From contig AP026679.1 of the NCBI GenBank assembly GCA_025999155.1, positions 400,699 to 464,698 on the forward strand: 64,000 nt of DNA. The letters are read 5' to 3'. Source of the stretch: Candidatus Dojkabacteria bacterium. GTDB taxonomy: Bacteria; Patescibacteriota; Dojkabacteria; JAOAGR01. The stretch's first letter is position 1, and the number at the start of each line of letters is the position of its first letter. Shown in pieces: positions 18,129 to 29,515 of this stretch. The position numbers and the translations under genes were made by a program. The notes under the pieces are model-generated. The model saw nothing but the letters and a program-made list of their open reading frames with translations, was not told the origin of the DNA and did no database searches.

Positions 18129-18512
18129 AGTACAAGCAAGATTAAGCTTATTTTATGATATTTTCTATTTATCAAGATAATTACCATCAAATATATTTCG
18201 AATCCTGCTACACACCGTAGGTTATGTTATCTGCGCCTCAATTTTTTACTGTATTTCAATTGATATTTTAATTAATATCACAATTTAATTTGTTTAACTT
18301 TGTGAGGTAGAATTTACCATAAATCAAACCAATACCCCTATTATTTTATTACAAATATAGCAACTAAATACATCAATAACTTATCTACTATGTATAAAAC
18401 AATTAGAAAACATTTAATTTTTCTATCATATGTGAGACACAGTTGGATTTAGTTTCACCAAATCAAAAAAGCACATATGTACAGATATTGTACAAATATA
18501 GTATAATACTCC

Positions 18513-18743
18513 ATGGGAAAAGGTATGAATGGAGAACCAAAATTAAGCAAAGGCGCAGCTCATAGCAGTCTTGAAATAAAACCCCAAGAAGGTCATGAAC
18601 TCCGTGAAAAGGTATTCAGGGCTTTATTCTTTGGAGCAGGTTTAGGGTTAGGTCTAGGACTAGGAGGTATACTGGCACGAATTCATGCTGCATTTAGCTT
18701 AGAAACTGCTGGAGAGTTGTTCAAATGGATAACAGCCCCATAA
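18513..18743 (+). CDS. hypothetical small protein with (GL)n repeat
   Basis: This 76-aa ORF contains 'GAGLGLGLGLGG' and has a higher GC content than its surroundings. It sits alone in a 1.2-kb low-coding region. No recognisable domain was found. Confidence 0.3.
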   Translation: MGKGMNGEPKLSKGAAHSSLEIKPQEGHELREKVFRALFFGAGLGLGLGLGGILARIHAAFSLETAGELFKWITAP

Positions 18744-19330
18744 AGCTATCTGTTATTAGATGGTAAGAAGAGTCCTAGCAGTCTCTTACCTGTGATAATA
18801 TCTTAGAATGACTTATAGTTTTTAGTCACTGTCATTTGTTAAGTTGTTAGTTTACAAGCTACTCATAATATGATTTGGTTCTGCTGAATTGTCGGGTTGG
18901 AAGTGGATATAAAGCATGACAAATTTTTGGCCATTTCTACCTGTTTATAAGCATTTAACCATTGTACATTCTCTTTTCAGATATACCCGCAAGTTTATAC
19001 AAAAACGATAAAACCGGTCGATAGAGATCAATGTTAAAATCATATCTTTATACTGAGCATCCTGGGCTTCACGCATGCTACTGATAATTATCCAAAGGAC
19101 AGATTATCATATGATTTTTTTACCTCATCTCTCACACTATTAAAACTTTAACTTACCAGTAACTGTACGGTGTAGAACAATATTCTCAACATGATACCTT
19201 ATTTTTATTGTCTCTACGGATAAACTGACGAGACATTAGTATATATAAATTTGTTGAATATATAGCAATTCTTTTTATTTACCTATAAAATTACTATTGC
19301 TAAAAAACACATTATGAAGTAAAATTAACC

Positions 19331-19867
19331 ATGAGCAAAGGAAAAAAACCACAAGATCTGGAATTATTAGAAGGTCTGTTTTCTACAGATCCGAAGCATG
19401 AAGATCCTCAAGAAACTGCTAAATATGAACCACGACGAAGACCAAGTATAGCGTGGGGACTTTCAGAAGCCTTTAGGCAAACAGGAGCAGATGTACAAAT
19501 AATCGTGAGAGGGGTAATGGGTCTTTGCAAGTCATGTGGAAAAATTGCTGGAGGTATAGTGGGATCTGTTGGTAGATTTGCTTGTCTCGGTTTTGCAATC
19601 CCTACTGCTGCTCTTCTATCATTGTTTTCTAGAGGCAATAATTTTGCCGATGCTTACGCTGTTACCTTAGCTGAAGTTAATAGATCTCCTATTTTTCAAA
19701 AGCTGATTGGTGGTTTGGTTATCTTAGCTTGGTATGGTCGGTTGGTTCGTGAAGAGATACTACCGCACCCTCTAGAAGTTGCCAATGGTATCTACATAGA
19801 TTTCTCCGCGCGATGGGATGCTGCTCAAGCTTGGCTACAAATGTTGGGAAATATGTGGCAAAGATAA
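19331..19867 (+). CDS. hypothetical protein
   Basis: This 178-aa ORF is relatively GC-rich and has no recognisable motif. It contains a 'CKSCGK' dyad and a hydrophobic segment. Confidence 0.4.
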   Translation: MSKGKKPQDLELLEGLFSTDPKHEDPQETAKYEPRRRPSIAWGLSEAFRQTGADVQIIVRGVMGLCKSCGKIAGGIVGSVGRFACLGFAIPTAALLSLFSRGNNFADAYAVTLAEVNRSPIFQKLIGGLVILAWYGRLVREEILPHPLEVANGIYIDFSARWDAAQAWLQMLGNMWQR

Positions 19868-20042
19868 CACATTGAAGAATTGTGTTTCATATAATACTTA
19901 TGCGAAAGTATTTCTATTGAATCAAAAAGCCCATCTAGCAAGTGCATAATAGAGTCACGATTTGTTATGTTTGCTCCTTTGGGTACAAATCTCTAGACCA
20001 AACAAAAAAAAAACTATATAATCCGTACACAGAAATTCATAT

Positions 20043-20231
20043 ATGGCAGCTACACCTAAAAAAAGACATAGCAAGTCAAGACGTAATAACCGAAGGTCGC
20101 ATCATATGAGGATAGCTCGAGAATTAGTTGCTATATCCAAGTGTCCAAATTGTGGTGTGTTAAAGACGCCTCATCAAGTATGTTGGAATTGTGGTCACTA
20201 TAAAGGACAATTAATCAAGAAAGCGTTATAA
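20043..20231 (+). CDS. rpmF: 50S ribosomal protein L32 (bL32), zinc-ribbon type
   Basis: It has a basic N-terminus 'KKRHSKSRRNNRRSH' and CPNC...CWNC zinc-ribbon spacing typical of bL32. Confidence 0.85.
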   Translation: MAATPKKRHSKSRRNNRRSHHMRIARELVAISKCPNCGVLKTPHQVCWNCGHYKGQLIKKAL

Positions 20232-20268
20232 GTTTTACTTATTTTATAGTGGTGATAATCTTACTTGT

Positions 20269-20718
20269 ATGAGGAGTATTAGAGACCCTAGACACATAGC
20301 ACGAGTCCTTGCAGTTATTCATTTATATAATAATTTCTTTGGTCAAAGCTATCCCGTAGAGAAATGGAATGTTGATGACCTAGAAATCGGTAATTATTCA
20401 ACTAGGTTAAAAAATGCTATAGTCCAAGGAGTACAGGAAAAGCATAACGAAATTGATGAATTAATTAACAAATACTCCCATCCTGTAAAAACTACAGATC
20501 TAGACCTTGTGCAATTAACTATTTTGAGAGTTGCAGTATGTGAAGGTTTTTTACTGCAGTTAGTTCCTCCAAAGGTCGCAATAGATGAAGCAATTGAACT
20601 AACAAGAGACTTTGGCATGGAATATTCCGTAGATAAAATAGCAGGAATACTAGGCAATATTTATAATCATATTGTAACAAACACTACTGACAAACATAAT
20701 ACGTGCTTTGTTTTATAA
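20269..20718 (+). CDS. nusB: transcription antitermination factor NusB
   Basis: The all-helical protein has the NusB signature 'VAIDEAIELTRDFG' (compare E. coli 'VAINEAIELAKSFG') and 'RVLAVIHLY'. Confidence 0.75.
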   Translation: MRSIRDPRHIARVLAVIHLYNNFFGQSYPVEKWNVDDLEIGNYSTRLKNAIVQGVQEKHNEIDELINKYSHPVKTTDLDLVQLTILRVAVCEGFLLQLVPPKVAIDEAIELTRDFGMEYSVDKIAGILGNIYNHIVTNTTDKHNTCFVL

Positions 20719-20914
20719 AGATTTCGATTTTTGTACGCGTACCAGACACCAGCATATCTAAGTTATAAATCTAAAAAACCTAACATACTATTTTTCTAGT
20801 TAAATACAGCTTTTACTTCTAAAGGATTTCTTCTTAATTTATTACGGTAATATAGTATAAATAACATGACTTAGTTTGATATTTTATATATAGTATAATA
20901 TTATACAAATTTAA

Positions 20915-21694
20915 ATGGAGGGAAGTCACGACAGAGAAGGAAGCACTCATATTTATAGAAAATCTGCATGGATTTTGACAGGTACCGATGAAGTCGTAAC
21001 AGCATCAAGGTTACAAATTCTATTTTATCAAGCACTTAGAGAAGAACACGAAACAACTTTCACTTATGAAATACGACCATTTTGTTGGGTTACAGGCGAA
21101 GGATTGATAGGCAGCTCCCGTAAACATAGAGGTAGAAGTAGCGGTATTAGTAACACAGGAAAATTAGACGCTCATCATATCGTACCTGTCGATTGGGTAT
21201 TAGAAGAGATGCGAAAAAACTGTACAAATGAGCAAATTCATAAATACATACATAATGAATATCGAAATAACCCAACAGATCCAGTCTTTCTGTTATTGCA
21301 GAAAATAATTAAAATTACGTACAGTAGCGAGAATGGAGTACTGATAGATCCTGATTACCATGAAAAGCTACACAGTAAATGTGGAAATAATCCTGAAACA
21401 TTAATAGAATTTATGCGTATTCGGTGTCTGGTAACTTATCGACAGTTACAGAACGACACAGGTGATAAAATACCTCGTGAAGTAGTAGTTGACGGAACTG
21501 TTAGACCCGGCAAACCGTTTATTTTAAAGAGGTGGACTTCATTAATGGCTGATAGAGGACTATTTCCTGTAAATATAGATACAGCTAATCAAAAATCAAA
21601 CTACGTGTACAAGCCCACGTTTCTAGACAAACTCAAAACAGAATTTAACCAATTTCGATCCGACAGCACAAATATCAGTTTAAGAAGAAGTTAA
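20915..21694 (+). CDS. hypothetical protein with HNH-nuclease-like motif
   Basis: 'LDAHHIVPV...' is followed by 'NGVLIDPDYHEKLH', giving HH...N...H...H spacing reminiscent of the HNH beta-beta-alpha-Me core. It has no other recognisable domain and abuts tRNA-Ser. Confidence 0.35.
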   Translation: MEGSHDREGSTHIYRKSAWILTGTDEVVTASRLQILFYQALREEHETTFTYEIRPFCWVTGEGLIGSSRKHRGRSSGISNTGKLDAHHIVPVDWVLEEMRKNCTNEQIHKYIHNEYRNNPTDPVFLLLQKIIKITYSSENGVLIDPDYHEKLHSKCGNNPETLIEFMRIRCLVTYRQLQNDTGDKIPREVVVDGTVRPGKPFILKRWTSLMADRGLFPVNIDTANQKSNYVYKPTFLDKLKTEFNQFRSDSTNISLRRS

Positions 21695-21832
21695 TCTAAA
21701 AATATTAAGGCTAGTCATGTATCGGTCTACTTTTTATTTACTAATCCAAACTGCTTTTTATACATCCATTAAATCATACTAAAACAATGGCTTATTCTTT
21801 ACTCGACTATTTTAAAATAGTAATTTAGCTCC

Positions 21833-21925
21833 TGGCGGAGAGGGCGAGATTCGAACTCGCGGCAGCCTATGAAAGACCGCACCGCTTTTCGAGAGCGGCT
21901 CCTTAAACCACTCGGACACCTCTCC
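21833..21925 (-). tRNA. tRNA-Ser(CGA): tRNA-Ser (anticodon CGA), long variable arm, encoded CCA
   Basis: The reverse complement folds as 'GGAGAGG...GTGG...' with anticodon stem CCGCT/AGCGG and loop CTCGAAA, a long variable arm, the T-loop 'GTTCGAATC' and a 3' 'GCCA' end. Confidence 0.8.
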
Positions 21926-21959
21926 AAAAACACAAAATATTAAATCAAAGTTTTAAGAA

Positions 21960-23516
21960 CTATTTTATAAGCCTATAACAAACAACTTTATCTCCTGTCT
22001 GCAATTCTACATTTGGGTCCAACATTATGCCACATTCCATTCCCGTATTAATTTCTTTGACATTATCTTTATTATGTCTGAGAGAAACAATCTTACCCGA
22101 AGCAACCTTCTCATTTTTTCTCATCACATATACATTATAACCTTTGATTATCTTTCCTTTATTCACTCTAACCCCTAGCACAAACTTACCGTTACTGAGC
22201 TGGAATACCTGCAAAACATTGCCTTCCCCTACAATTTCTTCACTAGAATCTGCATCTACAAGTCCTAACATAGCTAATTCAATTTCTTCTAACATTTCAT
22301 AGATTACATTGTACTCACGTAGGATAACACCTGAATTCTCAGCAAATTTAGAAACTTTGTAGTCTACTTTTACATTAAAAGTCAGTATTATAGCTCCACG
22401 AATTTTAGCTACATCTACATCATTTATAGTGACATTTCCTGTACGTTTCTCGACAATGTTCAATCGGACACCTTCTACTTCAAGTTTATTTAATCCATGA
22501 GTAATAGCCTCTATAGATCCTTGAGTATCAGCAACTAGTATGATGTTTAACTTCTTGATATTTTCCTCTTCTTCATCGACAGCTAACATGGATAAAATAT
22601 CAGCTTTACTGAATTTGTTGTGATTTTCTTGTCTTTGCTCATTAAATGATTTTTGCTTAGAAATTTCCCGGGCGACATTTTCTTTGACATAGGTTCTGAC
22701 AATTTCCCCCAGCTCTAAGACTTTTGGAATACCAACAATTTTTACGGGCATTGATTCAATTGCAGAATCAATAGTTTTATTTTGATCGTTGATTATTGCT
22801 CTAATCCGACCGTATATACATCCACCTACGGCATATTCACCTCTTTTTACTTCACCTGCTTTTACAATTACAGTAGCAATGGGACCTAAAGACTTATCTA
22901 CGGACGACTCAAGTACTATACACTCCGAAGTAAATTCAGCATTAGATATGTCAGTAAACTTATATAATTCATTTATTTCAGCTACTAAATTAATCAAATC
23001 TAGTAGCTTATCTACATTAGTACCAAGCTTCGCAGATATTTCTACATAGGGAATGTCTCCTCCATAACCTTCTAGCATAATCTCTTCCATAGCCAGCTCC
23101 CTTTTGACTTTTTCCACGTTTGCACCTGAGACGTCAATTTTATTTATAGCCACAATGACATGTGTTCGTATTTTTTTCAAAAGCCCAATAACCTCCTTCG
23201 TTTGCGGCATGACACCATCATCAGCAGCGACAACTAATATCACAATATCCGTTATTTTTGCTCCCCTTTCACGCATTGCAAAAAATGCCTCATGCCCTGG
23301 AGTATCAATAAAAGTTATAGGTTTATTATCATATCGAATTTGATAAGCCCTAACTTGCTGTGTAATACCTCCATATTCGCGTTCTGCTATATTTGTCTTA
23401 AGAATGTAGTCGAGTAGAGTAGTCTTTCCATGATCTACATGACCCATGATAGTGACAACAGGTGCCCGATACTGCCTATTTACAGACATGAAATTGTTTT
23501 TATCGTTTTTACTCAT
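21960..23516 (-). CDS. infB: translation initiation factor IF-2 (short form)
   Basis: The G-domain motifs '[12 protein letters not shown]', 'DTPGH' and 'NKID' are followed by IF-2 domains II-IV, in a 518-aa protein. Confidence 0.9.
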   Translation of the reverse strand: MSKNDKNNFMSVNRQYRAPVVTIMGHVDHGKTTLLDYILKTNIAEREYGGITQQVRAYQIRYDNKPITFIDTPGHEAFFAMRERGAKITDIVILVVAADDGVMPQTKEVIGLLKKIRTHVIVAINKIDVSGANVEKVKRELAMEEIMLEGYGGDIPYVEISAKLGTNVDKLLDLINLVAEINELYKFTDISNAEFTSECIVLESSVDKSLGPIATVIVKAGEVKRGEYAVGGCIYGRIRAIINDQNKTIDSAIESMPVKIVGIPKVLELGEIVRTYVKENVAREISKQKSFNEQRQENHNKFSKADILSMLAVDEEEENIKKLNIILVADTQGSIEAITHGLNKLEVEGVRLNIVEKRTGNVTINDVDVAKIRGAIILTFNVKVDYKVSKFAENSGVILREYNVIYEMLEEIELAMLGLVDADSSEEIVGEGNVLQVFQLSNGKFVLGVRVNKGKIIKGYNVYVMRKNEKVASGKIVSLRHNKDNVKEINTGMECGIMLDPNVELQTGDKVVCYRLIK

Positions 23517-23732
23517 AATGCTACAAGATTTTAAACTAAAAAAACTATTTATACCAAATTTTTCGTAAGTTTGAATAAATCTAACACAAATACCGCCGAA
23601 ATATTGCTATCAGAAATAAACAAAGAAATACAGGTCTAAGATCTTAAGATAAAAAGACCTACCACAGTCCACCAAGTAAAATTATTATCAACTTCAAAAT
23701 AGAATTTAAAACCAAAAGTAATTTAAATCCTA

Positions 23733-25292
23733 TTACTTAGCCGTAGCCGTCGCTCGTATTTCTCTTATTACAGTAACCTTTACAATACCGGGATAAGTCT
23801 GGGTAGACTCTATCTCTTTTGCTATATCATTTGATAGGATAATTATAGCATCATCGTTCATTATTACAGGGTCTACGAAAACTCTTACCTCTCGTCCTGC
23901 TTCGACAGCATAAGCTTCTTTTACTCCTTCATATTTTTTCGCGATTTCCTCTAATGCTTTGATACGTTTGACATAATCCTCTACATTACCATAACGAGCT
24001 CCCGGCCGTGCTGCAGAATTAGCATCAGCTATGTATACGAGTGCTGATTCCATACATACTGGATCTTTTGCCATATGATGAGCATACATAGCATTAATGA
24101 CTTCAGGTCTTAACTTTAACTTAATTCCAATCTCTTCTCCTAATTGCATATGATCTCCCTCTTTTTCGTGTGTTATGACTTTACCGATATCATGCCACAA
24201 TGCACATTCTTTTGCTAACTGTACATCTAATCCCAATTCACTGGCGGCACGCTCTACAAAACTGACAACCTCAAGGACATGTGTTGCAAGACATTGACCA
24301 TAACTAAATCGGTACTTCATACGACCAAGATATTTGAGATGCTCCAAAGACAAATTTGGAAATCCTGCTTTATAAGCAATTTCTTCTCCATCCTTGATAA
24401 TTTGCTTCGCTATTTCTAAACGGGCCTTTTGTACATATTCTTCTATACGGGCAGGATTTATGCGACCGTCTTTGATCAATTTAGTCAGGGCAATCTTCGC
24501 TAATTCTCTTCTAAGTGGATCAAAACACGATATCACTATGTAATCATCTGATTCATCGAGTATTAGATTGACACCAGTAATTTTCTCGAATGTTTTGATG
24601 TTTCTACCTTCTTTGCCAATGATCTTTCCTTTTACTTCTTCACCATCCACAGGAAATACAGATGTCGTATATTCTGCAACATAATCTGTAGCTGATGATG
24701 TCATAGCATCAATTATTATTTCTCTTGCTAGTGTTTCAGATTCTTTAGTTAGTTTTTCTCTATAAGTTCGTATTTGATTAGCAAAATCTTTTTCTAGAAA
24801 ACTTTTCATGTCTTCCATCAATTTTTCCCTAGCCATATCAGGCGTCATACCAGCAATTTCAGCCAATTTTTCAGCTATGGAGTTTCTTTCTTTTTTCAAG
24901 TTTTGCTTTTCTTGCTCGAGGATTTCTTCTTCTTTATCTAATTTTTTCTCTTTTTCTAATAAAAAGTTTGTTTTTTGTTCAAGAATTTTTTCTCGTTCTA
25001 GTAAAGATTTTTCTAGCTCTACAGCAGACTTTTTAATTTCTATAGCATCTTTTTGGGCTTGTTGGCGAATCTTTTCTGCTTCTTGTTTAGCATCTTCAAT
25101 TTTTTTTGCGGATAATTCATCCAATAGTTTGATTTTTTCCTCATCACTGAGGAATTGAGTTTTATTAAGAGCATCATCTTTTTCTTTTTGAAGAATGCGA
25201 TTTTTATTATATAGATAAACTGATGCTACTATACCAACAATAGCTAAAACAAAAGCAAATATAGTTATTCCTGTCATAATATTTTTTCTCAA
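23733..25292 (-). CDS. rny: ribonuclease Y
   Basis: An N-terminal TM helix and coiled-coil are followed by the KH domain motif 'GKIIGKEGRNIKTFEKITGVNLILDE' and the HD domain motif 'HDIGKV'. Confidence 0.9.
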   Translation of the reverse strand: MRKNIMTGITIFAFVLAIVGIVASVYLYNKNRILQKEKDDALNKTQFLSDEEKIKLLDELSAKKIEDAKQEAEKIRQQAQKDAIEIKKSAVELEKSLLEREKILEQKTNFLLEKEKKLDKEEEILEQEKQNLKKERNSIAEKLAEIAGMTPDMAREKLMEDMKSFLEKDFANQIRTYREKLTKESETLAREIIIDAMTSSATDYVAEYTTSVFPVDGEEVKGKIIGKEGRNIKTFEKITGVNLILDESDDYIVISCFDPLRRELAKIALTKLIKDGRINPARIEEYVQKARLEIAKQIIKDGEEIAYKAGFPNLSLEHLKYLGRMKYRFSYGQCLATHVLEVVSFVERAASELGLDVQLAKECALWHDIGKVITHEKEGDHMQLGEEIGIKLKLRPEVINAMYAHHMAKDPVCMESALVYIADANSAARPGARYGNVEDYVKRIKALEEIAKKYEGVKEAYAVEAGREVRVFVDPVIMNDDAIIILSNDIAKEIESTQTYPGIVKVTVIREIRATATAK

Positions 25293-25447
25293 ATATAAAA
25301 CTAACCTGATAATTCATCGATATAATAGTCTCTTTTTAAATTAATTTTTAATCCAAAGTCCATAATTATATTAAGGCTTACGAGAATTAACAGGTCAGAA
25401 TATTATAAATCAATTTGAGTAAATCTACCAAAAACAAATCAATCCTC

Positions 25448-25987
25448 TTACGGAGTATTTACTTGAAATATTGATAGTAATGCAGGCAATTCTATAATTC
25501 TAAGGATTAAACTCAAAGCCAATATACTTAGAGCAATATGTACAAACATACCCCAAAAAGTATCGTCTCTATATTCTAAATAATTTTTCACAGTCAATAT
25601 TTTATTTAGGAAATCATTTTTAGGTTTGGTTATATTTAAATATAAAAAGACAAAATAAACTATTGCATTAGCCAAAGCCGCTATAAAAGTAGATAAATCA
25701 AAAGTTATATCATTCTTCCTGTAAGAAATAGTTATTTCGTGCGTACTGGAATAAATCGGCATAATCAAAAATGCAAGTAATGCAAAACCAAACGAAATAT
25801 CCAAAATACCTAGAAAATGGACAAAACCTAATTTACTTCTATCCACAACCATATGAGGAATCAGATTCAATACAAAGTATACCAATAGACCAACAAAAAA
25901 CGCAGGTAATACACCGAGTTTATATTGCATCACTATAAAAACAGATACAAGTATATTTGCAGTCAAAAACATAATCGATTTTAACAA
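25448..25987 (-). CDS. hypothetical polytopic membrane protein
   Basis: It has 5-6 predicted TM helices and no recognisable motif. Confidence 0.4.
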   Translation of the reverse strand: MLKSIMFLTANILVSVFIVMQYKLGVLPAFFVGLLVYFVLNLIPHMVVDRSKLGFVHFLGILDISFGFALLAFLIMPIYSSTHEITISYRKNDITFDLSTFIAALANAIVYFVFLYLNITKPKNDFLNKILTVKNYLEYRDDTFWGMFVHIALSILALSLILRIIELPALLSIFQVNTP

Positions 25988-26160
25988 TAAATCAGAATAA
26001 AGACTAATGTGATAATAAAAACAAGATCATTAAATCACTATTTCATCCAAATCATTTATAGTGACATACGAACTTTATAACAAGTAAATTCCGAGCCAAT
26101 GTACTAGTTATTAACTAGAGAATTTAACGATAAAAATAGAGATAGAGAATGTACCGTAAA

Positions 26161-26236
26161 TGGAGCGAAAGACGGGATTCGAACCCGCGACCTTCTCCTT
26201 GGGAAGGAGACATTCTACCACTGAACTACTTTCGCT
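26161..26236 (-). tRNA. tRNA-Gly(CCC): tRNA-Gly (anticodon CCC), encoded CCA
   Basis: The reverse complement is 'AGCGAAAGTAGTTCAGTGGTAGAAT...GGTTCGAATCC...CGCTCCA', with anticodon stem TCTCC/GGAGA and loop TTCCCAA. Confidence 0.8.
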
Positions 26237-26311
26237 TACGTAATATTTTAACACAGGGCCCCAAACTTACATCAAATTATTAATCAATAAATACTTACTC
26301 AAAATACTTTA

Positions 26312-26692
26312 TCAAATAGACATCCGCAAAATTGTCAAAAGAAAGGCTGCTAAGACATTTACTACACCGGCAAAAAGCATACTAAGCAATATCAAATTAA
26401 ATATTTGATTTAAATCTTGTAGCGAATTTTTAGGATCTTTTAAAACCTGTTTTATACCAATAGCAACACAATAAGAAGTGTAATACTGCACAAAAGCTAA
26501 TGATGCGATAAATAGAGTAGGGTATAAAATAAAAGGATTTGATTTCGTAAATAAAACATAGAAGAATAGCAATAAAGAGACCCCCAAACTGGCAAAGCCA
26601 ATATTTCTACGTAGTATTAAATCTTTGCCGGATATATTACATATTTTTGTTGTTTGAGAGTCTTGGTTTTGTGAATTCTGATCTTTTTCCAT
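26312..26692 (-). CDS. hypothetical small membrane protein
   Basis: This 126-aa protein has 3 TM helices and no motif. Confidence 0.35.
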   Translation of the reverse strand: MEKDQNSQNQDSQTTKICNISGKDLILRRNIGFASLGVSLLLFFYVLFTKSNPFILYPTLFIASLAFVQYYTSYCVAIGIKQVLKDPKNSLQDLNQIFNLILLSMLFAGVVNVLAAFLLTILRMSI

Positions 26693-26788
26693 TTCCGTTT
26701 ATCTCAGAATTAAGAACTGATGCCTGTAAATAAACACGGCAAGGAACAATAAAAAACTAGTTATGTTATTTTATTCAGGCAACTAAAC

Positions 26789-28048
26789 TTATACTCCTAG
26801 ACCTACAAACTCACCGTTTTCATAAATGACTAATTCCCTTCCATCTTTTAATTTCGCTGTCACTCTACGATTCGAAGTACTAATAATATCCGTATGTATA
26901 GCAGAATCATTAAACCCCATGGCTTTCAATTCCTCATCCGAATATTTTTCTTGATTTGCTATGGCATCTCGATAACTTTGTCCGAGAGCTATGTGAGTAT
27001 TACCATATTCGCCACCGAAATTCTCATCAAACAAAGTATTAGCCATAATCCTATCTATACGTGAGAATCTCTTGTCTGTCAGACTAAACTCTCCTACACG
27101 CCTTGCGCCTTCATCTGTTTCTAACATAGCTTTCAATGCTTCATAATTTTCATCTGCTGAATAATTGACAACATTACCATCTTTAAACTCCAACCTAATA
27201 CCTCTAATTATCTGTCCGTTGCGATATAGAGGCTGATTAAACTTTATCCAGCCATTTGTATATCGAGCATCCGGTGAAGTGAATACTTCAAAACTAGGAA
27301 TATTTCGGCCAGTACCTCCGCAAAATACTCTTTCTGATCCCATAACTATGTGTAAATCAACATCTTCACCTTTGACATGCAAAGATTCAATTCCTAAAGA
27401 ATTTAACTTATCGATAATTTGTTGAGTTTTGCGCATTGTATCCCTATGTCTAGCGATTGGATCCTCTTCATCAAGATAGCAAGCTTTTATTACTTGATCC
27501 CAATATTCTTCTATCGTCATAGAAGCGGCTTCTGCCATAGCAGGTGATGGATAGTCTGTCAGTACCCAAGTAAGTTTGCCCTCGTACTCTTTTTTAAACC
27601 GCATATCCATATATTTCTTCCAGACTCTGTTTCTCTGTGCTATACGACTCTGATCTATACCTTGATAATAATTATGATCATATGTAGAAAGTAGCAATAC
27701 CACATGATCAATTGCATCAACTCTTGCTTTAATATAATCCTCCGGGAAGAAATTTAATTGTTCTTCATTTGCTAATTCATAAAAAAGTCTCGTTTCATCT
27801 CTATCTCTTTCAAGTTCAGCCGGCAAATAACATAAGATCATATGAGCGCCAGATTTTAAAATTGCCTCTTGTAAAGGCAGTAACATTGGCTTTGCAATCT
27901 CATTTAACATTACATATACAACTTCGCCCTTTTTCACTCCTTCGCCAGAATTTAAAGCAAAATTAATTAAAACATTTGCTAAGTTTTTTAATATTTTTTC
28001 TTCTGGAATGTAAATGTTATTTATATATACGTTTTTTGACATAGGCAT
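26789..28048 (-). CDS. M29-family aminopeptidase (AmpS/PepS-like)
   Basis: The overall length and its motif pattern resemble thermophilic aminopeptidase T/S ('NIYIPEEKILKNLANVLINFALN', the C-terminal metal-ligand region 'GEYGNTHIALG'). Confidence 0.55.
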   Translation of the reverse strand: MPMSKNVYINNIYIPEEKILKNLANVLINFALNSGEGVKKGEVVYVMLNEIAKPMLLPLQEAILKSGAHMILCYLPAELERDRDETRLFYELANEEQLNFFPEDYIKARVDAIDHVVLLLSTYDHNYYQGIDQSRIAQRNRVWKKYMDMRFKKEYEGKLTWVLTDYPSPAMAEAASMTIEEYWDQVIKACYLDEEDPIARHRDTMRKTQQIIDKLNSLGIESLHVKGEDVDLHIVMGSERVFCGGTGRNIPSFEVFTSPDARYTNGWIKFNQPLYRNGQIIRGIRLEFKDGNVVNYSADENYEALKAMLETDEGARRVGEFSLTDKRFSRIDRIMANTLFDENFGGEYGNTHIALGQSYRDAIANQEKYSDEELKAMGFNDSAIHTDIISTSNRRVTAKLKDGRELVIYENGEFVGLGV

Positions 28049-28055
28049 TTTTTAA

Positions 28056-29375
28056 TTATTTTTTTGATAAAAATTTATTACTTAAGTATAGACCTTTTTT
28101 AATTAATTCAACATCATAATTCTCATTTACTCCATGCATGTTACAATCCTCATTTCCAAGCCCTAATGAAATTACAGGCACTTTCAGAATAGATTGAAAT
28201 GTACCTGCAACAGGCACTATAGCCCCACATAACTTGAAATAGCAATCTTTCCCGTACACTTCATGAGCTATTGATTTGAGTTCGGTTGCATAAGCATTAT
28301 TCACGTCAATTAATATAGGCTCACAAGCTTCGCTAAATTCTAACGAATAATCGGCATAACTTGGTATATGTGTTTGTAGATAATTTTTAAAAGCATTCAA
28401 AACTTCTTTTGAGTTATGTTTTGGTGAAATTCTAAAATTTATTTTCGCAACTGCACTGCCAGGAATTGCATTTCTAAATCCTTCCCCCAGATACCCGGCA
28501 CTGAGAGTAGTAACCTCCGCAGAAGTCAAATAACCATTCTGTAAATAAAAATTCATTGTATTATTAAACCTCACTTTAGCTCCAGTATTATTAAGGAAAG
28601 TAGCCTCATCAAATGGCATACTTTCACTATCTTTTACTAAATTCTCATCTATACCTGTCAGAGTGTTGTCAAGCCCAGGTAAGATCAAAACTCCACTAGC
28701 ATCATGCATACCAGCTATTAATTGTGATAGCACATGAGCAGCGTTCGGTATGGTACCGCCATATAAGCCTGAATGGTTATCTTTTTGTGAAGTTGTAACT
28801 TTGAGAATCACATTAACTATACCTCTAAAACCCGTCTCGATCACTGGATGAGACATAGTCAATTCACCATCCGAAAAAAACACAAAATCACACTTCAGCT
28901 CATCTGCATAATCTTGTACAAACTTGTCGAGTAGGGGAGAACCAGTCTCTTCATTTCCCTCGATCATAAAAATTACATTGTATCTTAATTGACTTGTTTG
29001 GATTAATTCGATTACTGTGAAAAGATGTATCAAGATTTGTCCTTTATTATCAACGACCCCTCGAGCGTATAATTTATCATTATCTTCATATAGTTCGAAA
29101 GGATCATTTTTCCAACCTTCATCTTGCGAAGCCGGCTGTACATCATAATGACCGTAAATCAATACCGTATTAGCATCTGGTGAGACTACATATTTACCAA
29201 GCACTATATCATTACCATAACCTGAAACTAACTTAACATCAAAACCAAAACGACTCATCAATTCATACAGCCATCTTGCGGCGGCAGCAACATCGGATTT
29301 GTACTTTTCATCTGTAGAAATGCTTTTAAAACTTACAAATTCTTTTAGTAAGTTTTTGTAATTTTCGTAATTCAT
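28056..29375 (-). CDS. M20-family metallopeptidase/dipeptidase
   Basis: It has the M20 motifs 'GHYDVQPA', 'DNKG' and 'EGNEETGS' and dimerisation-domain-like regions. Confidence 0.7.
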   Translation of the reverse strand: MNYENYKNLLKEFVSFKSISTDEKYKSDVAAAARWLYELMSRFGFDVKLVSGYGNDIVLGKYVVSPDANTVLIYGHYDVQPASQDEGWKNDPFELYEDNDKLYARGVVDNKGQILIHLFTVIELIQTSQLRYNVIFMIEGNEETGSPLLDKFVQDYADELKCDFVFFSDGELTMSHPVIETGFRGIVNVILKVTTSQKDNHSGLYGGTIPNAAHVLSQLIAGMHDASGVLILPGLDNTLTGIDENLVKDSESMPFDEATFLNNTGAKVRFNNTMNFYLQNGYLTSAEVTTLSAGYLGEGFRNAIPGSAVAKINFRISPKHNSKEVLNAFKNYLQTHIPSYADYSLEFSEACEPILIDVNNAYATELKSIAHEVYGKDCYFKLCGAIVPVAGTFQSILKVPVISLGLGNEDCNMHGVNENYDVELIKKGLYLSNKFLSKK

Positions 29376-29515
29376 AATTAATAGCTAAGATTTAGATCTA
29401 TATTCTATCAATATTTTAATTCTTTGTAATAAAATATAAAGTATTTGAATAAATATCAGAGTCAAGATATTACGGATTTAGCTATTTTGTGCTAAGATTA
29501 AGTCAAATCATTATA

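Noticed and set aside
18758-18790. Hairpin 'ggtaagaagag...ctcttacc' after the 76-aa ORF as an intrinsic terminator
   Set aside because: The stem is imperfect and is not followed by a U-run.
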